This document shows positions 9,139-18,639 of a stretch of DNA of 64,000 nt, in pieces. The stretch spans positions 38,896 to 102,895 of the forward strand of contig JAOAKI010000014.1 of the NCBI GenBank assembly GCA_026413765.1. Direction: 5' to 3'. The notes under the pieces are model-generated. The model ran no database searches. It had not been told where the DNA came from and was given only the letters and a program-made list of their open reading frames with translations. Made by a program: the position numbers and the translations under genes. The first letter of the stretch is position 1, and every line of letters starts with the position of its first letter. This stretch comes from Candidatus Micrarchaeota archaeon. GTDB taxonomy: Archaea; Micrarchaeota; Micrarchaeia; Anstonellales; Anstonellaceae.

Positions 9139-10182
9139 ATGTCACCAAAGATTGCGGTAAATGGTTTTGGAAGGATAGGCAAGCTTGTAGTTCGCGCAGC
9201 TTTCGAGCGCGGACTCGTAGGCAAAGCATTTGAGATTGCGGCAATAAACGACACGCATGATCCTAAGCTTTCTGCGCATCTTTTCAAATATGACTCCACG
9301 CAAGGCCAATTCAATGGCAAAGTTTCTGGGCAGGCAATTTCTGGAAAACAGAAAGTTCCAGGGCAGACTGGGGTCCTTATTATCAATGATTACGAAATAC
9401 CAACAGTCTCATCGCGCGATCCGTCCACGATAAATTGGGGAGCGATGGATGTCGATGTGGTGCTTGAATGCACCGGGGCGTTTACTGACAGGGCAGGCGC
9501 ATCAAAGCACCTTCAATCGGGCGCAAAGAAGGTGCTGATATCTGCGCCGTGCAAAAGCGGCGACGCAGACGCGACAATTGTCATCGGAGTAAACGAGGAG
9601 CAGTTTGACAAGAAAAAGCACAAAATCGTCTCGATAGGCTCTTGCACAACCAATTGCCTGGCGCCTGTTGCAAAAGTCTTGGACGACTCATTTGGCATCG
9701 AATCTGGCTTCATGACAACATGCCACGCATACACAAACGACCAGCTGATTTTGGACGCCTATCATAAGGATTTCAGGAGAGCTCGAGCAGGCGCAATCAA
9801 CATCATTCCCACCTCGACCGGCGCGGCAAAGGCGATCGGAGAAGTCATACCAAAGCTCAAAGGAAAAATGGACGGCCTTGCTCTCCGCGTGCCTATCCCA
9901 GTAGGCTCTATTAACGACCTCACCTGCATGCTCAAAAAAGAGGCAACCGCAGAGGAAATCAACAAGGCAATCAAAAAGGCAGCAGAAGGCAAGATGAAAG
10001 GAATTTTGGAATACACCGAAGACCCAATCGTCTCGCAAGATATTGTCCACAATCCAGCAAGCTCAATTTTTGACGCCCTATCCACAAAAGTCATCGGCAA
10101 ACAGGCAAAAACGCTTGCATGGTACGACAATGAATGGGGATTCTCAAACAGGATGATCGACATGACGCTCAAAATGCTATGA
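9139..10182 (+). CDS. gap: glyceraldehyde-3-phosphate dehydrogenase, type I (bacterial/eukaryotic type)
   Basis: NGFGRIGK Rossmann motif, active-site SCTTNCLAP; GGAGGTG SD 7 nt upstream of the ATG at 9139. Confidence 0.85.
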   Translation: MSPKIAVNGFGRIGKLVVRAAFERGLVGKAFEIAAINDTHDPKLSAHLFKYDSTQGQFNGKVSGQAISGKQKVPGQTGVLIINDYEIPTVSSRDPSTINWGAMDVDVVLECTGAFTDRAGASKHLQSGAKKVLISAPCKSGDADATIVIGVNEEQFDKKKHKIVSIGSCTTNCLAPVAKVLDDSFGIESGFMTTCHAYTNDQLILDAYHKDFRRARAGAINIIPTSTGAAKAIGEVIPKLKGKMDGLALRVPIPVGSINDLTCMLKKEATAEEINKAIKKAAEGKMKGILEYTEDPIVSQDIVHNPASSIFDALSTKVIGKQAKTLAWYDNEWGFSNRMIDMTLKML

Positions 10183-10191
10183 GATGAAGAT

Positions 10192-10368
10192 ATGGAAACC
10201 GGGCAAGTGATTGCTGCAAGGCTTGTTTTGCTTTTGCCTGCAGCTTTCTTGATCTTCCTATTGCTTGAAAGCCAAGACAAAATCGTCCGCCTTGCGGCAA
10301 TCGTGGGCTTGCTTCTGATTTGGCAAGCCAGGGAATGGCTGCTTTTGCAGCTAAACCGTAATAAATGA
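10192..10368 (+). CDS. possible small two-TM membrane protein (58 aa)
   Basis: Short ORF METGQVIAARLVLLLPAAFLIFLL..AAIVGLLLIW in an otherwise unusually long 360-nt intergenic region, followed by a hairpin. Confidence 0.25.
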   Translation: METGQVIAARLVLLLPAAFLIFLLLESQDKIVRLAAIVGLLLIWQAREWLLLQLNRNK

Positions 10369-10395
10369 TTCGCTCGAAGAGAAAATAAAAGTAGG

Positions 10396-10416
10396 CCTGC
10401 GCCAAAAAAGCGCAGG
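10396..10416 (+). terminator. GC-rich hairpin (7-bp stem CCTGCGC / GCGCAGG, A-rich 7-nt loop) followed by a T-run
   Basis: Perfect inverted repeat read directly from the sequence. Confidence 0.3.
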
Positions 10417-10430
10417 CAAGGCGACCAGTT

Positions 10431-10447
10431 TTCTGTCTGAGACAGAA
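10431..10447. promoter_or_regulatory. 17-bp perfect palindrome TTCTGTCT-G-AGACAGAA, candidate dimeric transcription-factor operator, followed at 10488-10512 by duplicated TATATAAATG boxes
   Basis: Palindrome and duplicated TATA-like elements ~95 and ~35 nt upstream of the CDS at 10543. Confidence 0.35.
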
Positions 10448-10542
10448 CAGAAGACGGGCATGTCCTGTGATTTGTTTTGCGGGGGTCTAATATATAAATG
10501 TTTCTATATAAATGAACACAAAAAACAACAGAAGGTAATTCC

Positions 10543-11271
10543 TTGGAAGAGGCGCAAAAAGACAAGCAGTTTCGGCTGGAAGATTTGCCCGAGGGGCTTC
10601 GCACTATTGCGCAGCCTCCTTCTCAGGAGGTAGCCAAACCACCAGCGGATTCGCCGCCAAAATCTCGTCCAAAAACCCAAAAAGAGCAAGAGCTTGAAGC
10701 ACTGATAGAGAAAAGAAAGCAGCTCATACAGCAACTCAAAGAAAAGAATCCACTGCTTGCTGAGTCAAGAAAAAACATCGCGCAGCTCAAAAGCCAAATC
10801 TCAGGGAAAGGCGGCAAAAAAACAGCGCGGCTGATTGAGGAAGTAGAAAGACTCGAATTCTCCATCGCAACCGAAGCGTATACTCCCAAGCAAGAAAAAG
10901 AGTTGATAAAAAAGATCAGACTTTTGAACGAGGAGATCGCAAGGCACAAAGAAGTCGATGAATTGCGAAAAAAGCTTCAAGAAGAGCAGCAACTGTTCAA
11001 GGCCCGCCTGTCGGAGATAAAGGTGCTTGAGCACGAGCTTGCTTTGGTGCGCAAGGCATGCTCAGAAAAATACGCCGAAGTTCTTGCAGAAAGGAAAGCC
11101 GCATACGAAAAGAGGAAACAAGAGCAGCTTGAAAGGCTCAAGAAGCGCGTCCAAGAGGAAAATGAAAAGTTTAAGAAAAAAAAGCAAAGTCTTGCCGCCA
11201 AGGCTTACGACGACACAGTGACATTGGACCAAATAGCAATCATCGAAAGGAAAGAGAAAAAGAACAAATGA
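10543..11271 (+). CDS. K/E-rich coiled-coil protein (resembles the uncharacterised archaeal coiled-coil protein family, COG1340-like)
   Basis: Heptad-rich sequence over nearly the whole 242 aa, no TM segment. Confidence 0.4.
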   Translation: MEEAQKDKQFRLEDLPEGLRTIAQPPSQEVAKPPADSPPKSRPKTQKEQELEALIEKRKQLIQQLKEKNPLLAESRKNIAQLKSQISGKGGKKTARLIEEVERLEFSIATEAYTPKQEKELIKKIRLLNEEIARHKEVDELRKKLQEEQQLFKARLSEIKVLEHELALVRKACSEKYAEVLAERKAAYEKRKQEQLERLKKRVQEENEKFKKKKQSLAAKAYDDTVTLDQIAIIERKEKKNK

Positions 11272-11274
11272 GCG

Positions 11275-12501
11275 CTACGAAAAGAGAAGCTTCAAGTAAA
11301 AAAGCGGCGAGATGTACTCTTTCTTTGCCTCTTCGTTTGTGAATGTGCCTGCAATCGCTTCTCTTGCCTTTGGGCTTTTTGCAGCCTTGCTTATCACAAA
11401 ATTCAAAAGCCACTCTATCTTGCCCAATTTCTGCATCGCATAGCTTAGCTTTAGCTCATTTTCTATCTCCGCCCAAAGCTTTTGGTCATATTTGGCAAGC
11501 ATTTCAGCGTCTGTTCTGCCAAAAGAAAGCGCTTCATCTGCAACTTCAGCAGCAATTTTTCCAGAAGTCATAGCATTTCCAATCCCTTCACCAGAGAACG
11601 GGTCCACAAGCCCAGCCGCATCCCCAACCAGCAAAAACCCATCTCCGCTAACCTTTCTCTTCTTTGAGCCAAAAGGCAAAGACCATGCGCTTATGGGCGA
11701 CAATTGCTTTGCGTTTGCAAACCTGCTTTTGAAAAGCGGGTTATTGTTGATAATGTCAAGCATTGCCTTTTGCAAATTGACATTCCCTTTCTTCATGTCG
11801 CTCATCACCATGCCGACCCCAACGTTGGCGATTCCGTGCTCCAAAGGAAATATCCAGAAATAGCCAGGCAAAATCGACTTCACAAAATGTATCTCAAGAG
11901 TCGAATTCATCCCGCTTATGCCGCTATAGTACGCCCTATATGCTATGCACGTGTGCTGCGGATCCACATCCGCGCCGCGCGTCTCTCTTGCGACAACAGA
12001 AGCAACGCCATCCGCGCCGATCACAATCTTAGCTCTAAATTCCATCTCCTGCTTTGCCTTGTCCCTTGCGCGCACACCTATCACTTTCTGGCCCTCCTTT
12101 ACCAGGCCAGTCACTTCAACTCCTTCATAAGAATCACACAGTCTTTTAGCATTATCCCAAAGAATGTTGTCATACACCATGCGCCGGCAAACATATCCTT
12201 TTGAAATCTGGCCATCGCTGCCTTTGAATGGGATAGTCACAACAGTGCCATTGGGAGAAGAGAAAGTGATGCCGACTACTTCACCATGCTCGGCCTTCTC
12301 AAGCGCATCAGTAAGTCCAAGCTCGCGCAAGACACCAACTGATTTTCCAGAAATTGCATCTCCGCATGTTTTGTTTCTCGGCCAATTCTCCTTCTCCAAC
12401 AGCAGCACTCTCCTTCCTTTCTTTGCAAGAAATGTCGCTGCCGTCGAGCCAGCAGGCCCGCCTCCAACAACGATTGCATCATAAAGTATCTCCTGTGTCA
12501 T
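11275..12501 (-). CDS. geranylgeranyl reductase family flavoprotein (digeranylgeranylglycerophospholipid reductase-like)
   Basis: N-terminal FAD motif YDAIVVGGGPAGSTAA, C-terminal GDAAGLVDPFSGEGIGNAM; probable start MTQEILYD at 12501. Confidence 0.8.
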   Translation of the reverse strand: MTQEILYDAIVVGGGPAGSTAATFLAKKGRRVLLLEKENWPRNKTCGDAISGKSVGVLRELGLTDALEKAEHGEVVGITFSSPNGTVVTIPFKGSDGQISKGYVCRRMVYDNILWDNAKRLCDSYEGVEVTGLVKEGQKVIGVRARDKAKQEMEFRAKIVIGADGVASVVARETRGADVDPQHTCIAYRAYYSGISGMNSTLEIHFVKSILPGYFWIFPLEHGIANVGVGMVMSDMKKGNVNLQKAMLDIINNNPLFKSRFANAKQLSPISAWSLPFGSKKRKVSGDGFLLVGDAAGLVDPFSGEGIGNAMTSGKIAAEVADEALSFGRTDAEMLAKYDQKLWAEIENELKLSYAMQKLGKIEWLLNFVISKAAKSPKAREAIAGTFTNEEAKKEYISPLFYLKLLFS

Positions 12502-12566
12502 GCTTGCACCTTGCATTGGCTTTTTACAAGCGAAGGATAAAAAAACTCTTTGTTTACTTTCCCTAT

Positions 12567-13199
12567 ATGGCAAGCAGCACCGCCTTTTCAGGGGTAAAAA
12601 TCACCTGGCTTGGCCATGCTTCTGTAATGCTGGAAGGAGACGGGCTGACTTTCTATATCGACCCTTTCGTCCTTCCAAAAGGCGCAAAGCCAGCTGACGC
12701 AATCCTTTATTCTCACGGCCATTTTGACCACTGCGTTGCGGCCCCCTCAATCACAAAGCCCAGCACAGTCCTTTTAGGGCACGGCTGCAAATTGCCTTGC
12801 AAGCTGATTGAGATTGGGCAAAAGGAAAAGATAGGCAGTGTAGTGGTCGAAGCAGTCCATGCCTACAACATCAACAAGCCCTTCCATCCGAAAGGAAGCG
12901 GCGCAGGCTTCATCTTGCGCTTCAAAGGGGCGTCCGCCTATTTTGCCGGAGACACAGATTTCATACCAGAAATGAAAGGCTACAAATGCGACATCGCCCT
13001 TCTTCCAATAGGAGGCACTTACACGATGAATGAGCTTGAGGCAGCCGAAGCAGCTGCGGCAATCATGCCCAAGCTGGCAATCCCGATACATTACAATTAC
13101 TTGAAGGAGCTTTCGGCAGACCCGGAAAAATTCAAGGTAGCAGTGGAAGAAAAGACGGGAGGGAAAGTAGATGTGCGCATCCTCTCTCCCCTCGTGTAA
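12567..13199 (+). CDS. metallo-beta-lactamase-fold hydrolase, UPF0173-like (paralog 1)
   Basis: HGHFDH motif, ~210 aa, alignable to the CDS at 40038..40742 (AYFAGDTDF..DIALLPIGG vs IYYAGDTYSF..DVAIVPIGG). Confidence 0.65.
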   Translation: MASSTAFSGVKITWLGHASVMLEGDGLTFYIDPFVLPKGAKPADAILYSHGHFDHCVAAPSITKPSTVLLGHGCKLPCKLIEIGQKEKIGSVVVEAVHAYNINKPFHPKGSGAGFILRFKGASAYFAGDTDFIPEMKGYKCDIALLPIGGTYTMNELEAAEAAAAIMPKLAIPIHYNYLKELSADPEKFKVAVEEKTGGKVDVRILSPLV

Positions 13200-13220
13200 A
13201 AAGTCTAGGATAGGTGGCAT

Positions 13221-16200
13221 ATGAAGAGGCTTTTCATCCTTTTGCTATTTTTTTCATGCCTCTCAGCAGAGCGTTTCAGCGATTGCATCAATCCTTCTGC
13301 TCTTGAGCGCTTTTGGCTTTCTCCTTCTTATGTCTCCTCAAACCCATACATCTACAACTTTGGTTTTTCGCGCATCTACTCGTTGTCGTTTGAAAAAACA
13401 TTGCCGAGCCTGGGCGCAGACAACGCCTCAATTCTAAGCTGGGATGAGCTTCGCTCAGCTTATGGGCTGAAAGAAAACCAAGAGCTCCTCCCAATCAAAA
13501 AGGGCCTTCAAGGCGCCTCAGAAGCGCTGGCTGCAGCCAAAGAGGCCTCTTATTCTGCCCAATCTTCCATGCTGAAAGTCAAAGAGCTTGCCAAAGAATT
13601 TGAATATTCCGCAGAGAACGTTGCGCTTTTTGCGGCAGGGGTATTTTTTCTTCCGACCTCCCCTCTTATTTTCGAGATGGTGGTGCTTTACAAGTTTTGG
13701 AAAACAGGCGAAGCGTACTATTATGCGACCACCTTCCCAAACAATTATGCGGAAGCTCTTTCGAACTTCGCAGATGCTTATGAGCAGCTGAACTCTGCTT
13801 CAATCCAAGCGGCTTTTTTGGCGCAGAAAGCTTATGATGAGCTGGAGCTTGCAGGCGCAGGCAGCCCCGCCTACAGCGGCGTCGCAAAAGAGCCATTTTT
13901 CTATGCACAATCGAAGGCATCGGTTTTCTCCCCTTTCTGCTTTAAGCAGAGGCAGCTTTCAGACAGCATCGCTGAATATTTTGCAAGCAAGCCTCAGCTG
14001 CCCGACTTTTCGAACCTCAGCTTCGGAAGATACCTCGAGCTTGCGGGCGGAAAAGAGAACTCCTCGATTATTGTCTTTATCGGGCTTTACCAAAACCTCT
14101 CCGAAGCATACAAAGAAATGGAAAACGAATATCTGCAAGCAGAATTCCAAGCAAAAAACAAGCTGGCTAGTCTTTCGTTGAAGATTGAGGAGTTGCGCAG
14201 ACAAGATATCCATCTTATACCTGATGCCCAGCCAGCCCAGCTGCGCGAAGTCTCGGTTGGCAAGGAATTTTCTGGGATTGCAAGCGGCCTTGTTCAGGCA
14301 GAAAGCGAATATGAAAAGGCAAGCAGGCTTCTCCAAGCCTCAAAAGAAGCAAAATCCTCAAAAATGAAAGACTATCTTGCATCCGCAATAAGCCTTGCCA
14401 AAGAATCAGCAGAGACTTCAGAAAATGCTTTATCCTCCCTTTCCTCTGTGCACGCCTCCGCCATTCTTGCAGTTGAAAACACGCAAACCCTTGCCGACCG
14501 GACAATCAAGAGAGCGCAGGAAACCCTGCAGCCTCCTGCCTCGCTTGCGGCTTCGCACAATACTATCTTGGCAAACAGCCTTTTAAATGACGCAAAAGCA
14601 GCCTATAGCCAAGCTTCGCTTGAGCCAACCTTAGGCAAGAAATACAAAGCCTACTTTACCGCCTATCGCCTTGCCGATTCCGCCCTCGTGCTTTCTTCGG
14701 ATGCAGGCTCTGCAGATTCCAAAAGCCGCCTTCTTGAGCAGCTCAATTCTTTTGCAAGCTTTCTGGACGCGCTGGAAAAGGACGGCTTTGATGTCGAATA
14801 CGAAAGGCAGCAAGCCAAAGAGCTGCAAAGCTTGCTTTCTTCCTCCTCTTCATACACAGGCGAGCTTTTCCAAAAAATCAGCAAGCTTTTGGCAGACAGG
14901 AAAGAATTTTTGCTGCAGCAGCTTTCTTCCAAAGCCGCCCGGCTGGAGGCTGATTTTTGCGCCTTGAAAGAGGATGTGTCTATTCTGCGGAGGCAATCCA
15001 TGCTTCTTCTGCCTGAATTCGACCAGCTTTCTGCATATTTTGCCGGATGCAAGCTGGATTTGGAGAGGGCGGCAGGCAAGCTCAAAAGCATCCAAGAGTC
15101 ATTGTCAAAGGCAAGGCTTGACGCGCAAAGGAAAATACCAGAATTCCTTTCTTTCGAGCTTTCAAAAAATGCAAAAGCATTTGAGTTGCTGCCAAGCCCA
15201 ATTTTGGGAAAAAAGCAAAGGGCGCAAATTACGATTTCCACCGTAAATCCCTCCCCTTTTGCCTCAAATTCCCCAATTTCATTCCATGCAAAAACGACAA
15301 TTCCTGTCTATTCCTCTGAAATCGTCTCTGGAAATGTGATGGATGCATTTGGGGCAGAGTCAGGCTCGACAATCACTTTGCCCTCGGTTTCGGCATACCA
15401 AAACATAATTCTCAAATTCGAAAAAGATTACGAGCCGGCGCAGCGAATCTCCTCTTCTGAAAAATGCAAGGTGGCATCGCCCGAAGGAGCATGGGTGGAA
15501 AGGGCAATTTCGGTGTTCTCCAAGTCGGACCTAGAAACTCTTTATCTAGATGAAAAAGTCGACGGGCAAGTTGAGGACGCATATGCGCATATTTCAGGAA
15601 GAGCTTACCGGCTCTACCAATCTGATGGCAGCCTGAAAGGCCCAATCTACTTTTTGCCAGCAGGCCAGCACACGATTTCAGTCAGGTTCCTTCTTTCAAA
15701 GCCATTCTCACTTGCGCAAAAAGAGCGCGTGCATTCTACCGAAAGCGGCAAGCACAAAATATCCTATATCGTGGAGGTGCAAAACATTTCTGTGGCTTGC
15801 GAAGAGTTCTCAATAACTCTTTCAGAGCCTTTCCCTGCCACTAATTTTTCAGTTGAGGGATTTGATTTCTACAAACCCTCTAAAATCTCGTTTTTGTCCT
15901 ATGCTGGCAGGACATCAGCCGCCTTTTCATTCCAACTGCAAAGCTCTGCCCCAAAATTCCTGGTCTCTTTCGAGATTGCTGACGTTCAGGCTGCGCTTTC
16001 AGATGCGCTCATGCAGGCGGAATTGCAAGTGCTTTACCACAACCGCTCAAAAGATGCCGAGCTTCTCTCAACCGCAAAACTTCTGCTGCAGCAAAACAAA
16101 ACAAAGGAAGCGCTTGCGCTGCTTTCGCAAATAGGCTCTCGCCCAAGCTTGCCTGAGCCGAAAGAAGAACAGTTTGAAAAAGAAAACACGCAAGCAATCG

Positions 16201-17252
16201 AAGCAATTTCTCTTGCAAAAGAGGCCCTCTCCTCTATCCAAGCTTATGATTCTCCATATTTTGCTCAGCTTTCCAGCCTGCTTTTTGATCTGCAAGAAGG
16301 GCAAAACCAGTCGTTGAAATTGCTTGAGGAAGGGAAATCCGACGCAGCCACCGCCATGCTAAGAAAGCGCATAGAGAAATACCGGCTGTCGCTTTCCTCT
16401 CTTTCTTTTAAGGCGGCCTCAGAGGCGGCAGACTCCTTGTCAGAAGCCAAGACAGCAGCCACCCAAAGCCTGCTTTTTTCTGAGATTGAAGAAGACATAA
16501 AGAAGGCGCACCTGCTTTATTCCCAAGGCAATCACCTCTCCTCGCTTCAGCTTTCCTTGAGCGCGATTGCGAAGCTCAAGAAGCTAAAAGAGCTCAGCCA
16601 GCAGCAAGAGCAAGAGCAAATCAGCCAAGCAGAAGAAATAAAAGCCAAATTTGCAGCCGAAAAACAGAAAGTCGAAACGCTCATCGCAAACTATTCCCAG
16701 CAATATTTTGCCCTCACCTCGCAAAGCAGACGCAAGCTGCTTTATACGCCTTCTGCTGCTTCGGAGGAGCTGGAAGCTGCCTCCAAAAAGCTTGCCGCCG
16801 CCTTCAAGCTAAAAGATGGCAAAAAAATCCTTTCAGAAGCAAACGCCTCCCTTACGCTTCTTCTTGAGCTTGAAAGTAAGCTCCAATCCATGCTCAGCCA
16901 AATAAAATCAAACGCCGATTCCTCTTTAGAGGTGGCAAGAATAGCCTTTCTTGAGGCAAACAAAACAGCTCAAAAAGAAGAGGCAGAGATGCTTCTAAAG
17001 GAGCTTTCAAAGTCCGAGGAGCTCTTTGCAAACGCCTTGTATGCGGATTCACTTGCGCTCTCTGAGAAAGTCATCAAAGCGGCAAACGCGATTGTCTCAA
17101 GGAATGCGCAACCAACCGACTTCAGGCTTGTCGGCCTTGGCATTGCCTCTCTTTTGTTCATTGCACTTGCAGTCTGGGCGTTTTCCTCTGGAATGAAGCA
17201 GCCGAAGCCAAAGAAACAAATACCGAAAGCAAGCCAAGAAAAGCAGCCCTAG
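13221..17252 (+). CDS. 1343-aa secreted A/S/L/E/K-rich coiled-coil surface protein with a C-terminal TM anchor
   Basis: Signal peptide MKRLFILLLFFSCLSA, long alpha-helical low-complexity regions, a central beta-rich segment (~aa 690-900), and C-terminal LVGLGIASLLFIALAVWAF plus a basic tail. Confidence 0.7.
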   Translation: MKRLFILLLFFSCLSAERFSDCINPSALERFWLSPSYVSSNPYIYNFGFSRIYSLSFEKTLPSLGADNASILSWDELRSAYGLKENQELLPIKKGLQGASEALAAAKEASYSAQSSMLKVKELAKEFEYSAENVALFAAGVFFLPTSPLIFEMVVLYKFWKTGEAYYYATTFPNNYAEALSNFADAYEQLNSASIQAAFLAQKAYDELELAGAGSPAYSGVAKEPFFYAQSKASVFSPFCFKQRQLSDSIAEYFASKPQLPDFSNLSFGRYLELAGGKENSSIIVFIGLYQNLSEAYKEMENEYLQAEFQAKNKLASLSLKIEELRRQDIHLIPDAQPAQLREVSVGKEFSGIASGLVQAESEYEKASRLLQASKEAKSSKMKDYLASAISLAKESAETSENALSSLSSVHASAILAVENTQTLADRTIKRAQETLQPPASLAASHNTILANSLLNDAKAAYSQASLEPTLGKKYKAYFTAYRLADSALVLSSDAGSADSKSRLLEQLNSFASFLDALEKDGFDVEYERQQAKELQSLLSSSSSYTGELFQKISKLLADRKEFLLQQLSSKAARLEADFCALKEDVSILRRQSMLLLPEFDQLSAYFAGCKLDLERAAGKLKSIQESLSKARLDAQRKIPEFLSFELSKNAKAFELLPSPILGKKQRAQITISTVNPSPFASNSPISFHAKTTIPVYSSEIVSGNVMDAFGAESGSTITLPSVSAYQNIILKFEKDYEPAQRISSSEKCKVASPEGAWVERAISVFSKSDLETLYLDEKVDGQVEDAYAHISGRAYRLYQSDGSLKGPIYFLPAGQHTISVRFLLSKPFSLAQKERVHSTESGKHKISYIVEVQNISVACEEFSITLSEPFPATNFSVEGFDFYKPSKISFLSYAGRTSAAFSFQLQSSAPKFLVSFEIADVQAALSDALMQAELQVLYHNRSKDAELLSTAKLLLQQNKTKEALALLSQIGSRPSLPEPKEEQFEKENTQAIEAISLAKEALSSIQAYDSPYFAQLSSLLFDLQEGQNQSLKLLEEGKSDAATAMLRKRIEKYRLSLSSLSFKAASEAADSLSEAKTAATQSLLFSEIEEDIKKAHLLYSQGNHLSSLQLSLSAIAKLKKLKELSQQQEQEQISQAEEIKAKFAAEKQKVETLIANYSQQYFALTSQSRRKLLYTPSAASEELEAASKKLAAAFKLKDGKKILSEANASLTLLLELESKLQSMLSQIKSNADSSLEVARIAFLEANKTAQKEEAEMLLKELSKSEELFANALYADSLALSEKVIKAANAIVSRNAQPTDFRLVGLGIASLLFIALAVWAFSSGMKQPKPKKQIPKASQEKQP

Positions 17253-17297
17253 CTTTCTTTTTATAAATTTTAGCGGGCATAGTCTCTTGGTGTGGGG

Positions 17298-18200
17298 ATG
17301 CAAGATCTGATCTCTATCCGCGACCTTGACAAAAAAGAAATCGAGTTGTATCTGAAAGAAGCTTCAAGGATGGAGAAGATGCTTTCTTCTGGGCAGCTCT
17401 CCTTGCTTAAGGGCTGCATTGTCGCAAACATGTTCTTTGAGCCCTCCACAAGAACAAACATGTCTTTCCAAGCAGCCGCCAAAAGGCTGGGGGCAAAAGT
17501 CTTGACTTTCCACCATTCCACAAGCTCTACTGCAAAAGGCGAGACTTTTGCGGACACTGTCAGGATGATGGACGGCTATGCAGATGCCCTTGTCATAAGG
17601 CATTCGATGGAAGGCGCAGCACGCTTTGCCGCAGATTTGGCATCCAATCCCGTCATAAATGCTGGCGATGGCGGCAACCAACATCCGACGCAAACACTCA
17701 TCGATCTTTATACAATACTCAAGCTCAAAGGCAAAATTGAAGGCCTCAATGTGACGCTGCTTGGCGACTTGAAGCACGCCCGCACAATGCGCTCGCTGCT
17801 TTATGGCCTTTCGATGTTTGGGGCAGAAGTTACCCTCTGCTCGCCAGAGCAGCTGAAAATCGACCCAGAAATCATTTCAGAGGTAAAAGAGAAATTTGGC
17901 GCAAAGCCAACGCAGACATCGAAGATAGATTTAGCAAAATGCGACGTGCTTTATGTTTGCAGGATACAAAAAGAGCGCTTTTCAGACCCATATGAGGCGG
18001 AGAGGATGCAAAAAGAGTTCCGTGTTGATCTGGAGCTTCTGTCCAACGCGCCGAAAAACCTTGCAGTCCTGCACCCGCTTCCAAAAATCGACGAAATACC
18101 TCCCGAGCTTGACTCTACTCAATTTGCCAAATATTTTGAGCAAGCAAAAAACGGAGTGCCGGTTAGGATGGCGGTCCTGTACCGCTGCATAAGAGGCTGA
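17298..18200 (+). CDS. pyrB: aspartate carbamoyltransferase catalytic subunit
   Basis: STRTR (FFEPSTRTNMSF), HPTQ and HPLP motifs; TATA-like TTTTTATAAATTTT ~35 nt upstream. Confidence 0.9.
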   Translation: MQDLISIRDLDKKEIELYLKEASRMEKMLSSGQLSLLKGCIVANMFFEPSTRTNMSFQAAAKRLGAKVLTFHHSTSSTAKGETFADTVRMMDGYADALVIRHSMEGAARFAADLASNPVINAGDGGNQHPTQTLIDLYTILKLKGKIEGLNVTLLGDLKHARTMRSLLYGLSMFGAEVTLCSPEQLKIDPEIISEVKEKFGAKPTQTSKIDLAKCDVLYVCRIQKERFSDPYEAERMQKEFRVDLELLSNAPKNLAVLHPLPKIDEIPPELDSTQFAKYFEQAKNGVPVRMAVLYRCIRG

Positions 18201-18204
18201 GGTT

Positions 18205-18639
18205 ATGCCACTGATGGTAAAAAAAATAGAGGAAGGCACTGTGATGGACCATATCAGTGCAGGCATGGGCATCAAAGTCTTGCAGATCATATCTGCAAAA
18301 TATCCGATAGAAAAGTCTGCTGCGCTTATAATCAACGTCCCATCAAAGAAGCTTGGCAAAAAAGACATCGTCAAGCTTGAGGGCGTCTTTGTGGACGAAA
18401 AAACTGCAAACAGGATTTCACTGATTGCGCCGAACGCAACAATGAATATAATCCGCAGGGGCAAAGTGGTTGACAAGCACAAGGTCGTCCTGCCCAAAGT
18501 CCTTTCCGACTTGCTCAAATGCCCGAACCCAAGATGCATCACAAGATTCGAGCATGTCCATACAACCTTTTTTGTCGAAGGAGGCAAACTACGCTGCAAG
18601 CATTGCGAAAGAACATTCCTGCCAGAGGAATTCGAATGA
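18205..18639 (+). CDS. pyrI: aspartate carbamoyltransferase regulatory subunit
   Basis: C-terminal Zn domain CPNPRC..CKHCE; 4 nt downstream of pyrB. Confidence 0.85.
   Translation: MPLMVKKIEEGTVMDHISAGMGIKVLQIISAKYPIEKSAALIINVPSKKLGKKDIVKLEGVFVDEKTANRISLIAPNATMNIIRRGKVVDKHKVVLPKVLSDLLKCPNPRCITRFEHVHTTFFVEGGKLRCKHCERTFLPEEFE

Noticed and set aside
9762-10604. 280-aa minus-strand ORF
   Set aside because: Lies entirely antisense to the well-supported GAPDH gene; S/L-rich with no motifs.
11492-11863. Antisense ORFs inside the two geranylgeranyl reductase genes (also 54820..55182) that share the peptide ..AFPIPSPENGST..
   Set aside because: Their similarity is a consequence of the conserved GDAAGLVDPFSGEGIGNAM region on the opposite strand; they are shadow ORFs.
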